This document shows positions 11,868 through 23,567 of a stretch of 64,000 nt of DNA, piece after piece (position 1 is the first letter of the stretch; every line of letters begins with the position of its first letter). This stretch comes from Octopus sinensis. Its lineage: Eukaryota. The position numbers and the translations under genes are program-made. Where the stretch lies: positions 7,688,001-7,752,000 of the forward strand of contig NC_043026.1 of assembly GCF_006345805.1 (NCBI RefSeq), read 5' to 3'. Below the pieces are notes generated by a model, which was not told the DNA's origin, searched no databases, and worked only from the letters and a program-made list of their open reading frames with translations.

Positions 11868-12459
11868 TAATATTTGTAAACAAACCGAGAGACTTGATAA
11901 GTCACAGAGGAGAAAAAGTGACTAAAACTCTTTTATACTATAATAACTATATAATAATAATAAATCATAATAATAATATATACATACTCTGGTTTAAAGT
12001 GACATTTATCTAAACAATTGACTGAAAATGATGGGCTAACTCTGACTAGAATCGAACCCACATATCAACGCTAACATAGTTCCTTGTGCATCCAATCAAG
12101 CCAGAATACTCACCCATAAATTTCAGTCAAACTTTATAAATAAATAATTAAACTGTCAACTACTTTAGAAGTCACTGTTTCCCCATAATGTTTCAAGCCT
12201 CCAGGTTTGTTTACAAATATTATTTGTAGTACAAGACAGTTTCAGTATCTATACAGAAAATTTGACTGGAATTTATGGGGGAGTGTTCTGGCTTGAACTG
12301 ATGCACAAGACGAAATGTTAGTGTTGATATGTGGGTTCGATTCTAGTCAGAGTTAGCTCATCATTTTCAGTCAATTGTTTAAATAAATGTCACTTTAAAT
12401 CGGAGTATATATATATATATTATTATTATTATGATATATTATTTTATAGTTATTATTAT
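11868..12459. repeat. Interleaved inverted repeat (A-B-c / A'-c'-B') with tRNA-like boxes
   Basis: B 11938-12133 pairs with 12258-12459; A 11868-11925 pairs with 12164-12222; c 12134-12163 pairs with 12226-12256. Confidence 0.85.
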
Positions 12460-12659
12460 ATATATGTTTGTATGTATATATATATATATAATCTTTAGGC
12501 AAAGATAAAGGTAATGCATATATATACATATATGTATGTATGTATGTATGTATATATATATACACACATACACTAAATAATAGATAAATGTCAGGTGTGT
12601 GTGTGTGTCTGTGTATATGTGTGTGTGTGTGTGTGTCTGTCTGTCTGTCTGTGTATGTA

Positions 12660-12704
<45 letters not shown>

Positions 12705-12904
12705 TATAATTAAAAATAAGGGTGTCTGAGAGACACCAACATGCTGAAATAGCAGTCGAAATTCTGACTATAAAAACTACGTTGGTGTCTCTCAGACACC
12801 CTCATTTTTAATTGTTAAAAATTATTACCTTTGTACGGTATTTTTTCCATGCTGGCCACTTGATAATATTGATACTTAAATATCGATATTATCCTCATAT
12901 ATAA

Positions 12905-12945
<41 letters not shown>

Positions 12946-13236
12946 AAGTGAGATAGGGGTTATGAGTGTAACCCACTATGGGATATCAGTTATCCAATAT
13001 ACTACTGGTGAAGCACCCAAATGCCAAATACATAAATGCTTATAATTGCAATGCAATTAATTCATTTATTGTATTAGATGGGCGAAGGTAAAATATTTTA
13101 CCTCAAATTCATAATACAAATAAGAAAATGGTGGATATATATACACCTATATATACACTTATGTATATATATATATTCTTGTGTATGTGTATTTTGTTTC
13201 ATATTTATATTTGCATTTTTATAATTGTACTTTATA

Positions 13237-13362
13237 ATCTCTGATGAGGCCTTGAGACATATATATAAGTAACTCATTTTTAACTGCATATTACCTCAAT
13301 ACATCTGACTAATATAGGCAGAATGAGATACCTTTATCTACAAGCTGAAACAACTGTAAGAT
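13237..13362 (+). ncRNA. Type I hammerhead ribozyme-like motif in a (TA)n-flanked PLE-like element (about 12943-13533)
   Basis: ATCT-CTGATGA-GGC(C)TTGAGA...TCT(A)CAAGCT-GAA-ACAACTGT-A-AGAT: stem I 4 bp, long stem II, near-palindromic stem III, GUA site. Confidence 0.7.
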
Positions 13363-13547
13363 CCTTTTTATGTGTATTATTCTTATGGTATTATTATCTT
13401 ACATATTGATGTATATTGTTTTTGTTTTGTTGGATTTGGATGTTCCTATTTATGTAGTTAATACATAATATGAATTGGTAATATCTGTAAGTTGATGATT
13501 GAAATGAATCTTTTCCTCCATTTTCTTATTTGTATTATATATATATA

Positions 13548-13590
<43 letters not shown>

Positions 13591-16500
13591 GTGTATAGAT
13601 GATATATTCAGGTGTGAACATGATACACAGAAAGAGAGAGAGAGAGAGGTGCAAAAAGTGTGCCAAGAAAAACTTTATCCAAACATAACAACAGTAGCAA
13701 GGTTTGGCAGAGAAGTGTTTGGATAAAATTTGAAATATAAGTAAGAAGACAGGCAACATCATAGAAATGCAGAGGAACTAGAGGTGGAGGATGGTGATGA
13801 TGATGATGAAGATGATGTTGGCGATGAGGAAGACGATGATGTTGATGATGGTGATCGGGTGGTGGTGTGATCTAATAAGCCACTGCATGGTCTCTCAGCA
13901 TGCTAGAAATAACAGCCAAATTCCCCTCCAAGCAAGACAAAGGACAGTAAATTCACAGGCTGAAAGACAAGAAGAGATGGCCATGTCTGGAACATGTTTT
14001 GTAATAGATTTTCTCCATCACAGCAGACCTTGGACTAAATGACAAGCACAGCTGATTGTCTGTTGTTGTTGTTATTGTTATGATGAGTCATCCTGGAAGT
14101 AAGGGAGGTTTATGGGGTGGGGGTGAGGTGTTCTTTCTCTCTATTGGAGTCGAGCCGTAAAGTGACCTCATTCCACGACATCTGGGAGGCCGGGGTGGGG
14201 GTAGGGGTGGAAGCAGTGCAGGGTGTAGATGCAGGGCACATGCAGGCAGAGTGTGCGGTTGGAGTGGGGGTGGAGAGAAAGGGGGCTTGAAAGAGTTACA
14301 CATAAATACATAATCTATGCAAAACACACACACATACAAACACACACACATACACATATGTAAATAAAAAAAATTTTTTTTAATTTAAAAAAATTAAAAT
14401 ATATATATACACATACATACACACATATATGCATTTATCTGCAAATACATATACACACATGCTTATACATATGTATACATACATATACATGTATACACAC
14501 ACAAAACATTACAGACACATAAATACAAACACACATGCATACACACATCCATTCATACATACATACATACATACATACATACATACCAAACAACCAACCT
14601 ACTTACATGCATGCATACACACATACATACATTCATACACACACACATACACACATCCATCCATCCATCCACCCATCCATCCATAAATCCATCCATCCAT
14701 CCATCCATCCATACATACATACATACATACACACGCACACACATACACACACACACACACACACACAGGCGTGTGAAGGCATGGCTGTGTAGTTAAGAAG
14801 TGCACTTCCTAGTCACATGGTTCTGGGTTCAATTCCACAGTGTGGTACGTTAAGCAAGAGTCTAAAGTACAATGGTTCCAGCCTGATCAAAACCTTGCAA
14901 GTAGATGTGGTAGACAGAAACTGAGCGAAGCCCACCATGTGTGTGATTGTGTGTGTGTGTGTGTGTGTGAGTGATAATGTTTAAACTGGAGTGAAGGGAA
15001 GTGGTCATGTTGTTAGAGGGGTGTTGTAGATGTGTCTAGGGTGGGGCGCATGTCGAAGCAGGGACTCCCAAGGTTTGAATCTTCTGGAGAAACAAACAGT
15101 TGCTCCTAATTCTTGCCTGTCCCAGTGGTCTTCACATTTTCAGGGCTTTTATTTTGTTGTTTAGGTGGGCAGTCAAGGTGTGCTGGTTATGTACAACCTG
15201 TAATCATGGTTACATTGTCTATGGTTATAGAGGGATCAGTGATCCATGGATGACTGATATTAACCATGGTGGATATATTTCATTGTTTGTTCATGACTGG
15301 TGGAGCTGTTTCTTTGGACACCAACTGAAGTATGTTATGTGCTCTTTACAATACCTTCAGTGCCTCAATGCCACAGAGCCACAGAGCCACAGGGTCTGCC
15401 TATCAAGGTAATCCACATTCACTCCAATGAGAAACAATGTGCTGAAGATGGAGAAGGATGAATGTTGTGGAACGATGCTGTCATCACCTCTGGTGGGACA
15501 TCATAAGCAAGCGCAACTCCTTACACCATATCCTGTGAGTGTTGAACAAGTCTCCAATGGATTTGTTCCATGAGCCAACCACTGCCTGCCATATTCACAT
15601 TAGTGTCTCCTCGACCTCTCACTAAGTCTGTTCGTTCCAATCTTCAGCAACTCCTTAAGTTGGTACCATCACTAAAACTATCAACATTTGATGACAAGAT
15701 ATGATGACAAGATCTCACTAGCCCAAACTGTATATTATTGTGGCTTGAGACATCCTACATCATAATCCCAATGAAACTTTGGCCTGTCACTTCACTGGTT
15801 AGAGTTGGGTTGGCTCAACACATCCTAGGTGTACTTTGACACAGGTCCGACCCTTCATATTGCCTTTGGTGTGAGATGTTTATCTTGTCACTATATAGAC
15901 ATATCAACCTGAGAGATTGTTTGCAGGCTGGTGTTGTGTATTATGTCAAATGCCTTTGTTGAAATTAATTTTGAAAATATTGAAGAATTTAGAAAATAAC
16001 CTTGTCGTTATTAAGTTGGTGTTTGACGGTGGCAAGCTGGCAGAATCGTTAGCACACCGGGCGAAATGCTTAGTGGTATTTTGTCTGTTGTTATGTTCTG
16101 AGTTCAAATTCCACCGAGGTCAACTTGCCTTTCATCCTTTCAGGGTCGATAAATTAAGTATCAGTCAAGTACTGGGGTCGATGTGATCGATTGTTCCCCT
16201 CCCCACAAAAACCTAGGCCTTGTGCCTATAGTAGAAAGGATTATTAAGCTGATTTTTGGAACATAATATGAAAATTAGATGGAAGATTTTGAATTTAGAT
16301 AGTTTAAAATAAAAAGTTTTTATCATAGAACCATGGACAGTCTCAGCAGGATTGAGATGCCATCCAGACTATATTGTGCATAAATGGATAGCAGGTGAGG
16401 GGAAGGTTGGAGGACATTGTCATTGGTGTGCATTGCTGTTGTTGTTGTTGTGATTGTTAACATTTATCCTCTGCAGAAGGTTTGAAAGTGAAGGGGTCTG

Positions 16501-17404
16501 AAAGGAAGGTGAGTATTACTCAAACTTGGAAAATGTGCTTATAAGTATGGCAGGTGGGGCAGGTGGGGCAGTGTCTGTGGGATGTTACATCACTCGTGTT
16601 CTAGTGCAGTTTGCTATGTTCTGCATATCTGGAAGTATTGAAATGAAAAGTTAGAGATGGTGAGAGCAGGGAATTATTCAGGCCCTGCATGCCTGCTTGA
16701 GATTTTTGTCAGACTCTAAAAAGGTTGGTGACTTTCCCCTTCACATGTCATCATGATCTTCGTCACAGATGTTCCAGTCCCCTTTATGTAAATTTCAATT
16801 TCTGACTTTGGCAAAGATGTTTGACAAAGATGTTTTGTTTGATGTTGGAATGTCTGGATTTTGTTTCTGTGTGTGTGTGTGTGTGTGTGTGTATGTGAGT
16901 AGGTTGTTATTGGATGTGGAGGCTGTGAGGGATGATGCTCATGTTGTTGTTATGGTTGTAGTTAATAAGCAAACAATAAGCAAACTCACACAAATACAAT
17001 CACTAAAAGTGTTACATACAGTTCTGCAAGTGCGTGTGTGTGTTTGCATGTATGTGTGTGTATATATATGCACACACGCATACAGATATACATAGACACA
17101 TGCATCATGCGTACAATCGTTACATAGCCATATCAAAACACCTGTAGTGGTGCGTGTGTAGTGAGGGGAAGGGATGTGTAAGTCGGGAGATGTTGGTAAA
17201 CAGAAACCCAATAAGGGTGTGTGTGAGGGTGGGGGGTGCAAGATGTTGCAAGAGGAAATCTAATTTGGAGCTACAGCAGAGGGAGTGCAAGTCAGTAGCT
17301 ATGGTAACAGGTTGCTATGACTACAAGGCTAGGCTGGCAGCACAGGTACATGGAAACTGAGCTAGATTTGGTGAATTATGACAACTCACCTAATTGTTTT
17401 CTAG

Positions 17405-17435
<31 letters not shown>

Positions 17436-17833
17436 GCTCCAAGAGTTCAAATCCCAAATCAGTTGACCTCCACTAGATTGGGCCACATTCTCTACCATCT
17501 CCTACCAACACCTTCACTGATGCACAATACTAGTCAATGGATATGTCTACCACAGTCTCCACTTCACCAATTCACTGTCACTGGAATTTGGAAAATGGAA
17601 ACTGTACAGAAGCCAATTCTGTTTATACACACACACACACACATACACATATATACATATCTGTTTCTCTCTATATATATGTGTGTGTGTGTATAAATGT
17701 ACATAGAAGTATATATATTAATTGCTAGTAGGGATACCATATTTCATCATGTAACTATAATATACAACCAAGTTTATCAAAGGCTTAGAAGCCGATATTC
17801 TGTCTGTGAAGATAACTTTAAAAAGTATGTATG

Positions 17834-17868
<35 letters not shown>

Positions 17869-18116
17869 AAAAGAGGAGATTAGAAGAAATTTTTGGTATC
17901 ATTTTTATTGAATAAATAATACCCCAAATTTCTTCCAATCTCCTCTTTTGATATGTAATTACTCTGCAAAAACTATTTCCCAGTATTTTTAAACTTTTCT
18001 GCATGCTTCACACAATTGTAACATCTAAAATACAATCTCGGAAAGCTGAAATGTGCAGGTGTGCTTCATGAAGGCACAGTCAGGATTATAATCCTATCTA
18101 AATACTATATATACCC

Positions 18117-18151
<35 letters not shown>

Positions 18152-18200
18152 ATATACAATTATATATATATGTATACAATTACATATATGTATATATATA

Positions 18201-18829
18201 TCATCGTCATTTAACATCCGCTTTCCATGCTGGCATGGGTTAAATAGTTTGACTGGAACTTGTAAGCCAGACAGCTACACCAGGTTCCAGTCTGATTTGG
18301 CATATTTTCTACAGTCAGATGCCCTTCCTAATGCCAACCCAACAAAGAGTGTAATGGGTGGGTTTTGTGTGCCACCAGCACGAGTGCCACTTACATGACA
18401 CTCACAACAGTTCTGACTACAGTTTCACTTGGCTTCATGAGTCTTCTCAAACACAGCAAATTGCCAAAGGTCTCTGTCACTTGTCATCATCTCTGTGAGG
18501 CCCAACATTCAAAGATCATGCTTCATAACCTTGTCCCATGTCTTCCTGGGTTTATCTCTTCCACATGTTCCCTCTACAGTTAGACATTGGCACTTTCTTG
18601 CACAACCGACCTCCACCATACACATCACATGGCCGTACCAGTGCAGTCGTCTCTCTTGCACACCACATCTGATGTCTCTCAAGATGCTTACACACTGTTG
18701 TGCATGCACATTGACATTGCACATCCAACGAAGCATGCTAGCTTCATTTCTTTCAAGCCCTTGCATGTCCCTGGCGGTCCCAGCCCCTGTTTCCATGCCC
18801 GGTAGCAAGGCTGTTTGCATACAGGCACA
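18201..18829 (-). mobile_element. RTE LINE 3' fragment
   Basis: ERNEASMLRWMCNV...RLHWYGHV...KTWDKV plus 3'UTR tail. Confidence 0.88.
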
Positions 18830-18914
18830 CTATATATATTCTTTTATGGCCAGCATAATAGAATAGGAGCTTTATTTGTATATTCAAAACGTTTCCCATA
18901 AACAAATTTAAAAG

Positions 18915-18945
<31 letters not shown>

Positions 18946-19085
18946 ATATATATATGAGAGGAAACCACTATGTGGACACCCATATGCTAGAAATAGATCT
19001 GCTACGGATCTTTCAGACCACTGGTGTGAAATCGATGTTAATTAAATTAATATCTAATTTCTCACCCTTATTTTGAATTTAAAAT

Positions 19086-19127
<42 letters not shown>

Positions 19128-19212
19128 ATATATATACAAATACACGCACACTCGTTAATAACAATGTAAACACATGTACATATACATACTACCTTTTTTT
19201 ATATATATGTGA

Positions 19213-19301
<89 letters not shown>

Positions 19302-19649
19302 AACAAACACATAAACACACATGTATGTATATACATGTATACTTATGTTTTTCTTTCAGATTTTACTTCTTCAAAGAATTCAAGCCATTCACAAGAAAGT
19401 GACAAGATTTTTGGAGTTAAGACGGTTCCGTTGCTGGTGTTTGTAAATATGTAAGTTAGTGTGGGCATAGATGTAGGTGTATACATCTGCACTTAAGCTC
19501 TATGTGAACATATCTCTCTACTCTACTGAGGTGTGTATGTGTGTGCTTGTGTGTGTGTGTGTGTGTGTGTGTGTACACATTACGACTTTTTACATGTCTC
19601 TTTGTAGATACACACAATCAAGTGTGTGTGTAAATTCATTTAAAGAATC

Positions 19650-20040
19650 TTAGATAGAGAATCTTTGGAATGTCTTACAAATCTTCCCTGTGGCACTAAC
19701 GGATTGGATTTGAAGAATCCGCATTTGTTTCTTTTGCTCCTTCTTAGAAAATCCCAGCATTTCTAAGCTGTGCAAATCTCGAGCTACAGAGTTGAATACG
19801 TCTCTAATGATTGGTGCAAAGGAAAACTGATAACCAGAGTACAAGAGATGTGAGTTCTGCATTAATTCAACCATAAATGTTCTATTTTCCCAGAACTTAT
19901 ATGGTATGTTCACATCCACTGGACAGCTGACCTCTACGATGGCATATGACTTTTGTTCCCCGTCATACAGAACACCATCAGGTTTGTTGTGTTTGCAATG
20001 GATGACTGTTTCTATTGGAATATTTCAACAGTATTCCATG
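19650..20040 (-). mobile_element. R4/Dong-like RLE-domain remnant (second family)
   Basis: HNKPDGVLYD...IVEVSCPVDVNI...PII...LQIQSVSATGKICKTF. Confidence 0.75.
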
Positions 20041-20413
20041 TATTTAAAAAATGTAGATATGTGCATATGTATGGATAAATATATCATCATCATCATCATC
20101 TAACATTCATCTTCCATAATGGCAAAGGTGGAGCAGTTTGACAGGATCCAACAGGCTGCAGGACTGCATCAGGCTCCAGTGTTCTTCGTTTCTAAAGCTG
20201 AATGCCCTTCCTAATGCCCACCATTTTACAGAGTGTAATGGATGCTTCTTTTGTGGTACCAGCACTTGTGGGGTCACAATGCAGGTCAAGAGACTAAGAT
20301 CCCTTTTGACTAAAATATAGGAGTGGGGCAACATTATGCTAGGAGATGAGGGGTAGAGAGGAGTAAAGTATAAGAAAGAAAGGCTGGAGCAGGACAGGTC
20401 TGTTGCTGTGGAA

Positions 20414-20696
20414 CAGTGGTTCCCAAACTTTTCGGGCTGCTGTCCCCTTGGCACACAGGACACGTTCTTAGCGCCCCCTCCCACTCACCACCACAAACAT
20501 AGACCACTTTCTGCAGCAAATTCAAAACAACAGTATTTAACAAATAAAACTTAACCTAATTATCCCGTCATTTTATTGTTCATATGTCCATTGCCCCTTT
20601 TAACTACCCCATTATTGGCCCAGTTTTCTTCAATGCCCTCCTTATGAATCTTTCCAATGCCCCCAGGGGGTGCAATGCTGCCCACTTTGGAAACCG
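20414..20696. mobile_element. hAT (Charlie-like) MITE remnant
   Basis: CAGTGGTTCCCAAAC ... CTTTGGAAACC imperfect TIRs. Confidence 0.6.
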
Positions 20697-21160
20697 AACC
20701 ACATGATTAGCAATATTTTAGAAGAGTGGGAACAATCAAGGTGGAGCTGGGAAGGAATAAAAATAGTGTCAGGAAAAACCTTCAAGGCACAAGATAGGGA
20801 ATGAGTGGTTCAGAGGAGCCAAGAATGAAGGGAGGCATAGGGGATGTCTGAGGGTGCAGAGCAGCAGAATAGTAATATTGACATAGGAGAAAAGAGAAGG
20901 ATAAAAGAAAAATGACAAGAGAGAGAGGCAGGAAGAGTAGAGGAGGGGGAGGAGAGATAATTTGGTGGCACAATGGGGAAGGGTGAGCAATGACAGTGTG
21001 GAGAGAACAGGATTGATGGATGACAAATGGATAAGAAGCAAAATGGTTCTGGGTAGTAAGAAAACTTGTCTCAGGGAGGACTGCAGTTGGGGAGGTGATG
21101 GGTGGTGGTAGTGAATGCTTGGAGGAAGAAAGAAATTGGGCAAAGGATCCAGCTGTTCAT

Positions 21161-21219
<59 letters not shown>

Positions 21220-21224
21220 TATCG

Positions 21225-23165
21225 CCATCATCATCATCATCATTATCAGCGATTGACGTCCGCTTTCCATGCTAGCATGGGTTGGATGGTTTAAATGAGG
21301 TTTGGAGAGCCAGAAGGCTGCACCAGGCTCCAATCTGATCTGGCAGTGTTTCTACAGCTGGATGTCCTTCCTAACGCCAACCACTCCATGAGTATAGTGG
21401 GTGCTTTTTATGTGCCACTAGCACTGGAGCCAGTAAAGCGGGCCTGGCAACGATCATGTTTGGATGGTGCTTTTTACATGCCACCGGCACAGGAGCCAGT
21501 CAGGCGGTTCTGGCATTGACCATGTTTGAATGGTGCTTTTTACATGCCATCCACATGGAAGCCAGTCAGGGGGCACCAGCCCCAGCTACGATATTGGTTT
21601 TACTTGACTCAACAAGTTTTCTAAAGCATATCATATCACCCAACGTAACAGGAGTATTCTTAACAGGACTGGCCGTGTGTGGCTGCAATCTCACATTAGT
21701 TGCCGGGTCTTTTTAATCACAGCATATCTCCAAAGGTCCCAGTATTCTGTCATTGCCTCTGTGAGGTCCAGTGTTTGAAGGTCATGCTTCACGACCTTGT
21801 AATGGAACTGGTTAATTCTTTACGCTGTTCGGGTGCAACCAATTACTTTTCTTTAATTTCCAGAATCTACCAGTTAGGAACAAGAACGCAACCTTAAAAA
21901 TATATATACTCTTTATTTCTTATTTACAAAAGAAGTACGTTGATATATTGGTATCCCCTTGATTCGATATAGCAAGGCTGAATTTTAACATTTGTAAGAT
22001 AAACCTCACAACAAATTCAGCAGCAACAGAGCAGGTCAAATCCTAAGCGTCTGGGACAGGAGAATGGCTGATCACACGTTTAACACATCCTTTCGCTTCA
22101 ATAGCCATGTCTCAAGTCAACGACGCTAAACAAGGAACACGATAGAATTTTCTTCCCCAGTCTCTTGCGCATGTGCATGAGGGAACTTCCTTCGGCTTTT
22201 CCAGAAGGTTCCAGCCCCGCACACGCACACTGAAGAATGACGTTGCGTGTGCGCACACTGGAAAATGACGTCACTACAACCTCATCCCATGTCTTCCAGG
22301 TCTACCTCTTCCACAGGTTCCTTCTACAGTTAGGGAGTGGCACTTCCTCACACAGCTGTCTTTGTTCATACGTACCACATGGCCATCCCAGCACAATCGC
22401 CTCTCTTGCACACCACATTTGATGCTTCTTATGCCCAACTTTTCTCTCAGGGTGCTTATACTCTGTCGTGTATGCACACTGACATTACACATCCAGCAGA
22501 TCATACTAGCTTCATTTCTTTCAAGCCTATGCATGTCTTCAGCATTCATGGCCCATGTTTCACTGCCGTGTAGCATGGTAGTTTGCACACATGCATCATA
22601 CAATCTACCTTTCATCCTGAGTGGCAGGCCCTTAATTGCCAGCAGAGGTAGGAGCTCCCTGAACTTTACCTAGGCTATTCTTACTCTAGTTGCTACACTC
22701 TCAGAGCAACCGCCCCCACTACAGACTTGGTCACCTAGGTAGCAGAAACTATTAACTACTTCTAGCTTCTTCCCCTGACATGTGATGGAATCTGTTTTCT
22801 GTACATCTTCAGTGTTTATTGCCCCAGTGTAACAGCCACACACAAAAATTATTTTCCCGGTTAACCTTCCTTTGATATTGCTGCACCTTTTATGTGTCCA
22901 TAGCTTATACCGAGTACATCATATGGAGTTTCTACCCACGCCTTTTCTACAGAATGAGCAGGGCCATCTACCTGAAGTGGGTTGTGATTTGACAGCCTTC
23001 CTACTTACTAAGACTTTGGTTTGGGCTAGGTTAACCCTAAGGCCTTTTGATTCTAGGCCTTGCTTCCTCACCCTAAACTTCATCTCCAGTTCTGGCAGTG
23101 ACTCGGCTATTAGAGCAAGGTCATCAGCATAGAGGAGCTCCCAGTGGCAGCGTGTCTTTAATTCC
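21225..23165 (-). mobile_element. RTE LINE 3' portion interrupted by a solo LTR
   Basis: WELLYADDLAL, PHD finger, FCYLGD, HGSETW, 3'UTR and (GAT)n tail; LTR inserted at 21798-22278. Confidence 0.92.
21798..22278 (-). mobile_element. Solo LTR (481 bp), 4-bp TSD
   Basis: TGTAATG...CACTACA termini; ACCT duplicated at 21794-21797 and 22279-22282; removing it restores contiguous RTE sequence; AATAAA on the minus strand. Confidence 0.88.
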
Positions 23166-23521
23166 TCTGTTATATATATATATATTTATTAGAATTTGGC
23201 CATGCTGGAGCACCACCATGAATTTGCTGATTTCCTCAGGCTGGAGGTTTCACATCACCACTTCTGTATGTGCCTTTGTTCCAGCTGTTGGCCCTTCTCT
23301 TATTCAATAGTTTGTGCTTGATGAATATGTTTGAGATATTTCTCAACATATGAAACTATTAGTAATATTTAAAGACATGCATCGTGTCCTTTAAATAAAT
23401 AATATTCGTATATAATATATATATACACATACACATATATATATATATATGAAGTCACATTTTTTATATTATTTACATCATTTACATTCGACGGATATTT
23501 GTCCTCATCTTGTTTGTTGTT

Positions 23522-23567
23522 AACACAACATTTCAGCTGGTATACCCTCCAGCCTTCTTCAGGTGTC
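23522..23567 (-). ncRNA. Minimal PLE-type hammerhead motif
   Basis: GACAC-CTGAAGA-A-GGCTGG-AGGGTATA-CCAGCT-GAA-ATGT-T-GTGTT. Confidence 0.6.
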
